Origin: Takakia lepidozioides
Lineage: Eukaryota; Plantae; Bryophyta
DNA length: 64,000 nucleotides
Assembly (NCBI GenBank): GCA_030704615.1
Contig: CM060733.1
Location: 14,074,001-14,138,000, forward strand
Reading direction: 5' to 3'
Shown: positions 53,303 through 64,000 of the stretch, in pieces
Numbering within the stretch: position 1 is the first letter of the stretch
How the letters are laid out: each line of letters begins with the position of its first letter
Program-made: the position numbers and the translations under genes
Notes under the pieces: model-generated
What the model was told of the DNA's origin: nothing
What the model saw: only the letters and a program-made list of their open reading frames with translations
The model's database searches: none

Positions 53303-56113
53303 TCAGTGAGATATACCGCGATCTGTTGTAGTGCAAGCTTGTTGCACCCGTCGATCAGCCACCCGCTGCAAATCCTTGCTCGTGCCCCATAATGGAGTCT
53401 GAGCAACCATGGCAGGCAACTCCGCCATACTATACATGTCATCCTGCTCTCCTGGAGGTGTGTCATCCTCTGAATGAGCGTTGCCCTCTAGCAACTTTTC
53501 AGGCTAAGTCACTGCAGCTGTGAATGCTGCTAGTGTCGGCATCTTGCCTTGCTGGGCAACCGCAACTCCTCCTATGAACGTCACAGGGAGCTGCACACGC
53601 CGGCCTTCCCTTGACTGCCATCCAGGCCTATAGGAAGCTGACTCCTCCCAAAAATCCAGGGTGAAGCCCATGGGGTACAACACTGCTCCACCAACTTGGA
53701 CATTGTATGAGACCGCGTCTGTCACAATGGCCTTGGCTCGCATCACTGAGCCATCTGTAGGGTGATCCGGCCATAGTCTGATAGCCAACTCACGTCGTGT
53801 CATGCCCCGAGCCTGCTCCGATCCTCCCAGAGACGTCTGTATCTGGAAAGGACAAGGTTCCATATCTGCCTCCGTGAGGCCCAAGCCTGCAATAGCAGCT
53901 CTGCCCAGCATCAATTTGGCTGAGCTCCCGAGTCCAACAAGACCCACAGTGGCCGGTACCTCTTGTCTGCCGGTCCACTCAAACAGAAAATGCCATGATC
54001 CTGGTTGTCTAACGTGATAACTCGAGGTGTCACCATGGCGTGCTCAATGGTTGGCCTAGCTGGCAACTCCATCAACCTGGCAGCTGCAGCTTGCCATGGC
54101 GCCGCCGTGGCAATCTTGACCCTCAAATCCGAGGATCCCTCCGGCACTACACCTCCCACTATCTCCGCAGAAGATGACGTAACCTCCCCACTCTCACAGA
54201 GTGTAGCTGCCAGCCTGAACACCTCAGCTGGTCTTACCCCCGGCATCGCAATCATGGCCGAGAACAATGGAGCCTGGCACACAGATGTGGCCGCCCCCAG
54301 TAGCACACTAGTTGCCGTAGCCTTGGCAACACTAGGTAGTGGTGTTGTCCATGTAGCTCTCCCCAATGGCATAGTAATCTCCGCCTCGGTAACAGTCGGG
54401 CGAGAACTAGGTGCCATGGATGGCGTCGATACTGTCTCCGCCAATGTGAATGACTGAGGAAGCCTGGCCTGACGGCTTCCTTCCGCATGCTGTGGATCCA
54501 ACTCCACCTCTGCACTTCGTTGCTCGGGAACTCGTGCTGCTCCTCGGGTCACTCCCACCGCCGACTCCACTTGCACTAGTAGTAGTGCTGCCCCGCACAT
54601 GAATCCCATGCCTCCCATATTTCGTCCCTCAAGAGCAGGAGGTGGACCATCCGGCCTTAGAGCCGGTAACCACCTAAGTTGTAGCCATGGCAGCGAGCCT
54701 GTGCTCTAGCTGCTGAAGCCGGTGGCCATGCCTTGGTCAACACCCTGACCTCCGCGTCCTTGGCCATGTTGAGCTTGCCCATGGCCTGTACCTGGTGCCT
54801 GGCCACCTCGTCCTCTCTGGGCTGCTCCCCCGGCCACCATTATTCCCTTGGAACTGGCCTGGGCGCAACTCAGGATGCAAACCATAACACTGGGCCTCTC
54901 CATGCCCGTGTTTGCCACAATGCCCACACTGCAATTGTGCATGTGCCGGCTCTTTGCCTCCCTCCGGGCAATCCTTCTTGACACGGGGTCCAACACATGT
55001 CCAACACACCACCTCCGCCCGTTGTTGGCTTACAAATGAAGGGAGAGACCCCTGCATGTGAGGTCCTCTCTGTCCTTCCCTGAGCTTCACCTGAGCCCCC
55101 TTGTTGCCTTGAGCACGTTGAGGTAGTGGTTGGCTAGGAGCACCACTACCCCGTGGTGTCTACTTAGCAAATCCCACCATGACCACTCGTTCCTCCACCA
55201 TGTTGAGCTCTATCCACTCTGCCAGCAAAAACAAATTTGCTAAGGTGGGTTGGGCTGCTTGTAGGAGAGTTGCATCCCGCACCCTTCGCCTCAGCTCCTT
55301 GTCCAATATCCCATACCAGAATTGGACTGCCTGAGCTTCCGTAACCCCTTGGGTTACATTTATGAAGCGCCTCATGCAAGTGAAAAGTCTCCCTCAAGCT
55401 CTCAGTCGGCTTCCGTTGGAACTCTTGCAAGCTCCGCACTTCTTTGTCCTCACCCCTTGGTAATTCCATCTCAACTCTTCGAAGAATTCTACAACAAGGT
55501 TGAAGGCAGGCACGGGTACTGGTGCTGGTGCGGCAGTGGCTTGGGTGGACCTTGTAGCTACGGTACCACTAGTCCCACTAGTCCCATTGCTGCTTGTTGA
55601 AGCTGCCGGTGCAGCTGCAGGTGTAGCCACTGCCCTCGTGGCTCTAGTGCCCCTAGTCATGGAGACATAGTCAGGTGACCAGTACATCCTCTACTCCTCA
55701 ATCTCAGCCTCATGCCCCCGCCTGAACTCATGGTAATCATCCATGGGCGGCCCCTCAAGGTACTGAAAAAGCCCCTTCCATGTCATAAAAGGCGTAAACA
55801 GTTGTGGATTGCGCATTTGCTGCAAATCACACCAACTATCAAACTCTTGGATAAAATCATCCAAGGTGCCCACCGCCCCAGAGTACCTTCGTGGCCCCTT
55901 GGTAGCTCCATTCATCTCCTCCATTGTGTCCCACAACAATGGCAAAGAAACAACTTGCACCGCCGGTGTGAGTCCTCCTGATTCACAATCCGAATCAGAA
56001 CCTTCCGTAGAAGACACAGGAGGTGAAGGTGCCCTAAACAGCACACCTCGTCTTGTGTACCCACTAGTATCGCTAGTGCTCGAACCGGCACTCTCCCCAA
56101 CAACTAGTGGCAC
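53303..56113 (-). pseudogene. Retrotransposon Gag (capsid-like region plus CCHC knuckles) and aspartic protease, disrupted by stops and frameshifts; Ty3/gypsy-like
   Basis: LDDFIQEFDSWCD; FQRKPTESLRE...AQAVQFWYGIL; CGHCGKHGHGEAQC knuckle; protease LLDSGAQP...PCPFQIQTSLGG...YNVQVGGAVLYPMGFTLDFW; no RT, RNase H or integrase seen. Confidence 0.85.
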
Positions 56114-56839
56114 CTCCGTATTGACAAACTGTCACTCAACCGGTAATGAACTTGTCCCTAACCCCCTCTCCACAAGGTAACCGGGTAGAGAACTTGTTGC
56201 GGCTTATGGTTTGGAATACTAGGTTCCTAACATAGCCTACACATGCACCTGCATCCACCGCAAGCACTCCTATGGTTGGCTGGTCATCACCTCCAACCTC
56301 ACCACAAGAGAAACAATGATGGTCTGACTGGTCATCACCCCAGCCTCACCATCGACAACATGCTCTAGGACTGGCGGTGATCAAATCCGGACCAATAATC
56401 TATAAAAACAAACGCCCACACAAAACTAACATGGCGCACAGTCAAGCATGCAGGTATGGAGGGGATCCAAACACAAGAAATCAGAACAACAACTCCCCCA
56501 CACCAAAAACAACTCCACGGTGTTGCTCCTGCAAGGACACCCCAGCCCAAACCCGGACTGACTCTTGCCTCCACCTACGGAAAGGTCTTGGCCTAATGAG
56601 AGGGTGGAAAACTACGAGGAAGAGAAGCTAAAGCAATGCCTAACCCCAGCATGCCCTCATTCCAACACTCTTCCTCTCCTCTCTTCTCTCATTTGCATGA
56701 CCATGGGAATATCATGAAGATACTCCTCAAACCGCCCTCCACGAGCTTCGAAATTTGGCCTTCAAGACCACATGTCAGTCCTCAAGCAGTCCACCAGTGC
56801 CTCCACAAGTCAGCACAGGCCGTCCACATGTCAACATGG

Positions 56840-57460
56840 GCCACCACAGACCAGCACAGGCCCACACAGATCACTGATCACAGGCCCACACAGGTCACAG
56901 CCCCACAGACCACAGCCCGTCACAGCCCATCACAGCCCCACAGGCCACAGATCACAGCCCGTCACGGCCGGTCACAGCCCCACAGGCCACAGGACACAGC
57001 CAGTCACAGCCCCAAAGGCCACATGGCACAGCCCATCACATCCCCTCACAACCTGTCATAGCCTGTCATAGTCCATCACAGCCCCAAAGGCCACATGGCA
57101 CATCCTGTCACAGCCCTATCAGGTCACAGGGTCACAGCCCCACAGGCCACAGTCCGTCACAGCCCCAAAGCACAGCCCCTCACAGGCCACAGGGCACAGG
57201 TCACAGCCTATCACAGCCCGTCACAGCCCCAAAGGCCACAGGGCACAGCCTGTTACAGCCCTACATAGGTCACAGATCACAGCCCCGCAGGCCACAGCCT
57301 GTCACAGTCCATCACAGCCCCACAGGTCACAGCCTGTCACAGCCCCAAAGGCCACATGGCACAGCCCATCACAACCCATCACAGCCTATCACAGCCCTAC
57401 ACGGGTCACATGATCACGGCCCCACAAGCCACAGCCTGTCACAGCCCATCACAGCCCCAT
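56840..57460. repeat. Low-complexity TCACAGCCC / CACAGGC minisatellite in the retroelement 5' leader
   Basis: Dozens of CACAGCC variants in tandem. Confidence 0.9.
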
Positions 57461-58843
57461 CCATGGCCGCTCATGGCAGTTTAGCCATTTCTCCAAGGGG
57501 TTTAGCCATGCCAAGCTAGGGTTTGTGTCTCTTGGACTCTAGGCTTCTTTGCACCGAGTTATGGCGGCTGTGAGGAAATCAGCGAGGTATTCTTGCTCTT
57601 TATGGCTCCCACACACCACCAATAGTAGCTCTAATTCATGAGGAAGATGGTTGCCACAAACCAAGCCTTTTTTCTCACTTAGACTCCCCAAATACGCCAC
57701 TAAACTCAATGGCAAACAACCAAGCCTTGCTGGTTTCCAGCCCTTGTGAGCATTCATTCAAGCGCTCTCCTTGGCCATAGCATATGTCTTAGAGCCTATT
57801 CCAGCCCCCTACACCTGCCACTTCAAGATCCATGCTCTATCTAGGCTTGAGGTTGAAACCCCAACTCACATATGCCCTACAAGTGCTTTTCTTTTACCCA
57901 AGTGGGAACCAGCCCTAGCCCTTCCATTTTAGCTCTCTAAAGCTGAAAACAAAAACCCAATGGACTGAAGGCATGCTCCACACTTGCCCTACAGAGAAAC
58001 CAGTCATTTCCTTCCATTCTTGCACCCCCAAACCTGAAAGTACAAGCCTTCAACAGGCTGAAAGCATGCTCCACACATGCATTGCCCTCACATAAGAGAA
58101 ATCAGCCCTTCCCTCTTCCTTGCTTGCCCTCCAAGCTTGAAGATGGAAGCTTCAATGGGCTGCATGCATGCTCCACACATGCAACCCCTTCACACAAGAG
58201 GTATCAGCCCCCTATCTTGGCTCCTTGGCTCCTTGATGTTCTCTAAGACAAGACTAAGCACTCCACAGCCTTTGCCAAGATCCTGAAACCCTAAGGCTTA
58301 TATTTCTAGCCACAAGACACTTCTCTTGTTGTGCAAGAGCTCTTCTTCCAAGCTCTGAAACCCTAGGTACAAATTCCATGGCCTTGCCGCACCTCTTAGC
58401 TCCTGTTCCAACCCTGCTCTTGCCATGGCAAGAGCCCTCATACCACTGGAGTTTCAGATTGAAACCCCCAACTCAACATAGCCACAAATGCATTGGCTTG
58501 ATACAAGAGAAATCAGCCATCTCTCTTCACTCATACCTCCTTATGAGCTTGAAGTTGGAGCTCCCGATAACTGTGACTTGCATCTAACACCCTCGCAGCT
58601 TCATACTCACCACACTTGGCTACCATAGCGTTGAGCTATGCAACACTGCTCTCAACACAGGCTGCCTGCCTCTATATCCATTGCAAACCTGAAACCTGTT
58701 TGCCATCGTACCCTATCCGCTTTGGATAGGCTCATGCACTGATCCCTGCACTCTAAGCTGAGTTGATTCTCATCTGAAAATACACAAGTGCTAACAACTA
58801 ACTCGTATCTAGCATTCACAGATACGAGCTCATCTTTCTCGAG

Positions 58844-59160
58844 TGATAAAGGAGAAGAATACAAGCACAAGCTCATGCGAGCTCACAAAGCTGAAGCATG
58901 AACTCATGCATATATAAACTCATCACTCAAATACAAGTCAAGCCAAGTGCACCCCACGCCATGGGGAATCCACACTACGGCGCCATAGCTAGGCTCAACT
59001 CAAGAAAGATGAGCCTCCCGCGCTTGCCATGAAGATAACCACTCCAGGGCCTAAATCTGCCTTGACCCCTGGATTGACACTTGGGCCAATCCCAAATATC
59101 AATATGTAAAAACTAGCTATTTCCTAGTTAGTTTCACACTAGTGGTAAAATAACTTGACA
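58844..59160 (-). repeat. 5' terminal repeat A1 of the split-repeat retroelement
   Basis: 317 bp nearly identical to 47982-48300; begins TGTCAAG and ends TTTATCA on the minus strand. Confidence 0.92.
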
Positions 59161-59164
59161 CCAA

Positions 59165-61797
59165 AGTCTCATTTTTTTAAGTTTGTTATGGCCTTTAAAA
59201 CTCCTCTGCATACTTTGTAAAATTCCCAATGTCCACACAAGAATTTCGCACTTGATTTTCTTGCACAATGTAAAAAATGCATCACAAGGCTGTTTTTCAA
59301 AATTCAAAAATTTGAAAGGTCAAAGTGTAAATCACAATCATAATCTCAATCTCTTACCTTGTTCATTTCGTTGATATGTAAACTGGTCTTCTCTAACAAT
59401 CTTACAGATTTTCGTACATTGTCATCCTGCAGTAAACAAAACACCATGTTAATTTGCTTTCAGTTCATTGAATACCTGAATCAAGTAACAAATTATTCTA
59501 TAAACACATTACCTACACATACCTTTAAGCAATTTAGAGGAGATGCTGGTTCAATCACCTAAAGATTAGATATGTCATTGACCTGCAACACTACCATTTA
59601 AAATTGAGAGTTTTACAGTATCATAGATACAGTTCTAAAACTAAAAAATTGATTTATACAATGTATAAATTTAAATTTAAAAATTTGATGTGTGACAAGT
59701 CATACTTACTGGCTCTTTTGGAGATTCTGGATCTGTATGCACAACATGGTCTGTCACTGGTTCAATTGTAGATGTCTCCTGCTCCCATAAATCTCCAGTA
59801 TAAAGCTTTTTCTACATGATAAAAATATAGGAGTTTAATGTACAAGGAACAAAAATTAATCATGTTAAAATTAACGTTTTGTGTTGGTTAAAAACTACAG
59901 TTATAAGAGCTAATGTTGGCAGAATACCAATATTTTATATAAACATCACAGAAGTAAACAAAAAAAATTGAACTAGTATTTATATTGTAGTTTAGCACAG
60001 GTTTAAATAAAGTACCTCACCTTTTCTTGGACAATTAGTGTTTTAGGTGGTGGTACCTCATCCTCCTTAACATCTCCACTGGAGAACTTTTCCTGAACAA
60101 GTAGTATCAATAAAAGTAAGTGTAATTGAACTTATGTAATTCAGATCCAAAGATAAATTGAATTATTTAAAAACCTAAACTAAAGTGAAAGACAAAAGTA
60201 AATTAAAAAAAATACTTACATCAACATGTTCAGAAGCTAAGAAGCTTGGAATGGGATATATACTTGTAACAACAGCTGGTATCTCTAGGGTATGACCCTG
60301 CAAAAATCAACAACCAATTTTAAAAGTTACAGTAATGAAGAATCAACAAATTTTGAGATATAGTAATACTTACAAGAAAAAAAATTAAGAGTAAAATTAC
60401 TTTCTATTGTCCTTCACAACAGAAATAATACAGACTATATAAATTTTCAGAATACTTTACCTCAGTGAGCAGTTTGACCTGGAGCTTGTAGTCTTTGAAT
60501 TGCTGGCCACAGGGAATATATAAGTTTTCCACACCTTCAAGAATGCTCAGAACACATACTCTCTATGATTTGTAAGGATGTACTCTTAAAATTTCAAGTG
60601 ACATTACATATCCAAAAAGCATGGAATGCTCTTCAAAACCAAGAGTAGACTTTCCAGCACATTTATCAGGTCTGAAACACGTGGTATCCCTCAGAGAAAG
60701 TTTTGTAGTAGTAATGGGATGTTTTAAACCCCACAGTTCAAGGGTATGAACCCCATTCTTACATAGTGTAAGAATCTCTTGGTCATCTTTGGAATATTGA
60801 ACAGGTCTATTAATGATCGCCATTTTCTTGGACTTCAATGGTACTGACATATCCAAATCTTTCAAAGCTGCAGACCTTTTCACACCTGTGTCCCTCTTGG
60901 TATTTTTTTCCTTCTTCCCATTCACATAATGTTTTGTTTCTAAAAACCAGTTGTAAATGTCATCTGTCTTCCACCTCAACTGAGTACCTGTTTTGTTGAA
61001 CACCAATGATGGAAAAGATGGTTCTCTCTCCTTGATAAAGATTTCCAGAGATTCTTGGGTACTTTTGTCATGCCTAAAATTGGTCTGATAGAATGATTGA
61101 ATCAGAGGATTCTCAACATCATAGAACCAACCTCTAACAATGGACTGATTGAAGGTAAATGCTTTGTGTACCTGAGGATGAAACCGTTTCAAATACCTCT
61201 TGCCGTAAAGATCAACATTGTCATCTGCCTCATGTTTATAAGGACGTGGTTTGAAAATCCTCTCGTAGCTGACATCTGGATCAAGTGCACTCATTCCAGT
61301 CGGTTTTGCATCACCTGCATCACTGGCATCCGTATCCAATCGACATACTCCAATCGATTTTGAATCACTTTCGCCACAACTCTTACTCCTTTCTTTAGAA
61401 CTCATTGCCATGCTTGATTTGGACTTTTCAAACATTTTCATACACACTTTTGGCTTTGAAACTTGTACTTCGTCTGTATGTACAGAACTTTCATGAGCTG
61501 CATTTTATCATTTTGAAAATGAAGAACATTACCAAGAACCAAGGACTCTTGAATCTGTGGACTGTTTGGATCAGAGTATTCGGCAATCCAGCCTAACAAT
61601 GCTTTTACATGCTTCAAAATTTTCATACCTAAGTCCTTCATGTCTTCTCCCTTCAAATCTAATAAATCATTTCCATTAACTTCAGCTTCAAGAAAGCTTT
61701 CTATGTAATCTGTGCATCCCAAAAAAGTTTCAAGAAAATAAGCTACCTCTGTAAATGACCACTTTAAAATCTCACTATGAGGAGGACGGTTTTCCAT
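59165..61797 (-). pseudogene. Decayed multi-exon gene with an N-terminal SAM (sterile alpha motif) domain
   Basis: KWSFTEVAYFLETFLGCTDYIESFLEAEVNGNDLLDLKGEDMKDLGMKILKHVKALL fits the SAM consensus; followed by a frameshifted 294-aa ORF and several small exons separated by AT-rich GT-AG introns. Confidence 0.6.
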
Positions 61798-61920
61798 TCT
61801 ACCTAAGTAAAACAGAACTATACATATAAAATACTACATATTAGAAAAACACACTAGAGGTTGAAAGCCCAATACTAGAGGCCAAACACTAAACTGGAAA
61901 CTGAGAACAAAAGACCAAAA

Positions 61921-62086
61921 ACTAAAAACTAAAAACCTAAAACTTGCTATGGGAAGCAAAAGGAACTGGGCGGCAGGACGCCGGAGACTAACGCTTAAAT
62001 AGGGAAGAAAACTAAAAATTGAAAACCTAAAACCTACTATCGGAAGTAAAAGGTACTGGGCAAGAGGCCGGAGACTAACGCTTAAG
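61921..62086. repeat. Two direct copies of an approximately 80-bp unit
   Basis: ACTAAAAA.T.AAAACCTAAAAC....TAT.GGAAG.AAAAGG.ACTGGGC...GCCGGAGACTAACGCTTAA occurs twice. Confidence 0.8.
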
Positions 62087-62379
62087 TGGGGAGTGAAGAG
62101 TAGACTAGAAACTGCTTACTAAACGCCCGATATGAGAGGTGGGATGAAGAGGCGGGAAGTCAGACATTGAAATCTAAAGTAGATAAACGATACTTCAAAA
62201 AAACCATCCACAACCACACATAACCAAAAACGTAGTAATTAAAAGAAATTATATTATCAGAAAGTATGAATCATTCTTTATATTTAGTAGATAAATCTCC
62301 ATCACTTCATCATTCTTTAACTACGCAACCAAAACTGCGTACTATGCCTTACTCAAACCACAACAATTCAATTAGAAAT

Positions 62380-62780
62380 GGGCATCGAAATGGGCGGGCC
62401 ACGGACTGCACCAATCGAGTTACATTTGGTCTAACATGACGTCCTGCTATGTAAATGTTGCGGCTTGGGGATTTCTAAATCTTTGGAGCACAGTTGGTTG
62501 CATTGCAGAATACCTCAAAGGTCTGGCCTCATCTTCTGTCGGTGATGTATAGATGAAAATCAGCGTATTGCACTATGGAACATCTGGAAAGCTAGGTGTA
62601 ACTGGACTCTTAACAGGGAAAAGACTTACCTATCTGTGTTGCTAACTACTATTTTTCAAGAAGTTCAAATTGAGGGGAGAAAGACCTGGGCAGAGAGATT
62701 GGAAGCTCATCTTATAAGATTTAAAGTGCATCATAACAACGCCATTTCATTAACATGTCTAAGCCAAGGAGATCAGTACC
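62380..62780 (+). mobile_element. L1-type LINE ORF2 3' relic (zf-RVT region)
   Basis: HL....CYVNVAAW followed by IALWNIWKARCNWTLNRE. Confidence 0.5.
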
Positions 62781-63190
62781 TCCTGAGCATTCTTCAAATG
62801 TATTAGGGAAAGTAATATGTCAATCGATTGGTTTGAGCATGAGTGTTTTCAGTTGCCTTTCCTTGAGCAACAGTTAGTAAGGAACCATCATCCAATTTAA
62901 ACTCTGCAAATCTTGCCCTAGAGAAAGGACATCTATGCCAGTATAAAAGGTGTGCGTGGTGCGGGAAAACGTGTCGAGTTCATAGCTTCCAGTATGCCTA
63001 AAAGAAGGTTCCCCAAGGAAAGATGGACTGTAGGCAATACCTCAAGCTAGTGATCCTGCACTCTAGATGCGTGGCTACAAGGATTGGACATGATGCTTCC
63101 ATAGAAATTTGGGAACTAATGGGTACATTTTGCTAGAGATGCCGAAGATTCCTCAAACCTTACTCACTAAGCATCTCTAATTAGCATTCA

Positions 63191-63431
63191 GAGGAGAGAG
63201 AGACAGTGTACTCATAAGACATTGTTGGCCGTAGCCTTGGGGCCAATGACCCCGCGCCCAGTTTGAGCGGAACACAAAGGGACAGAAACTACCTTGTCAG
63301 GGGCTGACGTCAGTAGTATGAGGAGAGAATGTACTCATAAAACGTTTGGCGTAGCCTTGTGGCCATTGACCCCGCGCCCAGTTTGAGCGAAACACAAAGG
63401 TACAGAACCTACCTTTGTCAGGGGCTGACGC
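63191..63431. repeat. Two direct copies of an approximately 115-bp unit
   Basis: GAGGAGAGA...TGTACTCATAA...GTAGCCTTG.GGCCA.TGACCCCGCGCCCAGTTTGAGCG.AACACAAAGG...TTGTCAGGGGCTGACG occurs twice. Confidence 0.85.
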
Positions 63432-64000
63432 CTCTAGTAAGACTTACCTTGGAATAAACAATTGATCTGGGTTTTCGAGATATCCTCTAGAAATTCCTTC
63501 ACACAAGCATCAACTTGTTGTATCTTGTGAGCTCTGCATTGGTGTCAGCTTAGACCTAGTTGATATTCGCAGATAGTACCTCTGCCTTCGCAGATAAGAC
63601 TACAATGTGTGAATGTTTTATGCCCCTCAGGGGTTTATTGTTTTCCCTCTTAATAAATCAATTGGGCTTCATTATTCCCATTTTCTATTATTATTATTAT
63701 AATTTTGAGCTTTAATTTTTTTTTCCCGGTACGACTGCGCTGGGGCAGAAGCAATTTCCAAGGCGACCGCTGCCACAGCGGTTGCCTGAAATTTTTTTTC
63801 TTCATTATTCTTAATTTTAACTTCGTGCTTTAAGGTTTTTTTTAAAATGTTTTTCTCCCTGTGCGACTGCGCAACGGCAGACGAACTTTTCCGGTGACCG
63901 CTAAGAGAGAGGTCACCCGGATTTCCTATTACAGAAATCAAATTCCTTACAACTTTGCAGCCATGTTGTACATGGAGTTAATTTTGAAAAGACGTGTGGA

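Larger units (their letters stand above)
47816..59160 (-). mobile_element. Gag/protease retroelement with split direct terminal repeats (A1...B1-gc-A2-B2), TG...CA ends and a 4-bp CCAA TSD
   Basis: CCAA at 47812-47815 and 59161-59164; A1 58844-59160 matches A2 47982-48300; B1 48303-48485 matches B2 47816-47982; PPT at 48486-48495; gag-PR at 53303-56113. Confidence 0.8.

Noticed and set aside
53802-56180. Plus-strand ORFs opposite gag-PR, and ORFs in 56636-57071
   Set aside because: Antisense shadows of GC-rich coding DNA or translations of a minisatellite.

Overview
Eukaryotic nuclear DNA from a land plant, most likely seed-free (inferred from near-identical PLS-class PPR repeats and moss-type hAT/Harbinger relics). 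About 2.3-34.3 kb is gene-rich, with seven apparently intact genes: NDUFB10, ecdysoneless/SGT1-like, RPS9, a CYP23-type cyclophilin, a DUF538 protein, a UBE3D/HECT_2-like gene and a TIC32-like SDR. A debris island (22.3-30.2 kb) interrupts them and holds a decayed ORF, a tandem array, a Harbinger relic, a SINE, a CHR4 fragment and scrambled PPR fragments. About 34.6-64 kb is nested transposon debris: pogo-like and hAT relics, a Crinkler-like relic, two copies of a TIR element with 4-bp TSDs, a LINE 3' end and a decayed SAM-domain gene. The standout is an 11.3-kb minus-strand gag/protease retroelement (47816-59160) with TG...CA ends and a CCAA target-site duplication. Its terminal repeats are split (A1...B1-gc-A2-B2) rather than being ordinary LTRs. 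It has a polypurine tract before B1, a self-complementary (tRNA-independent) primer-site candidate after A1 and a terminal PHD-finger remnant, and PPR-gene fragments sit where RT/integrase would be expected. All calls were made by eye from the sequence; no database searches were run.
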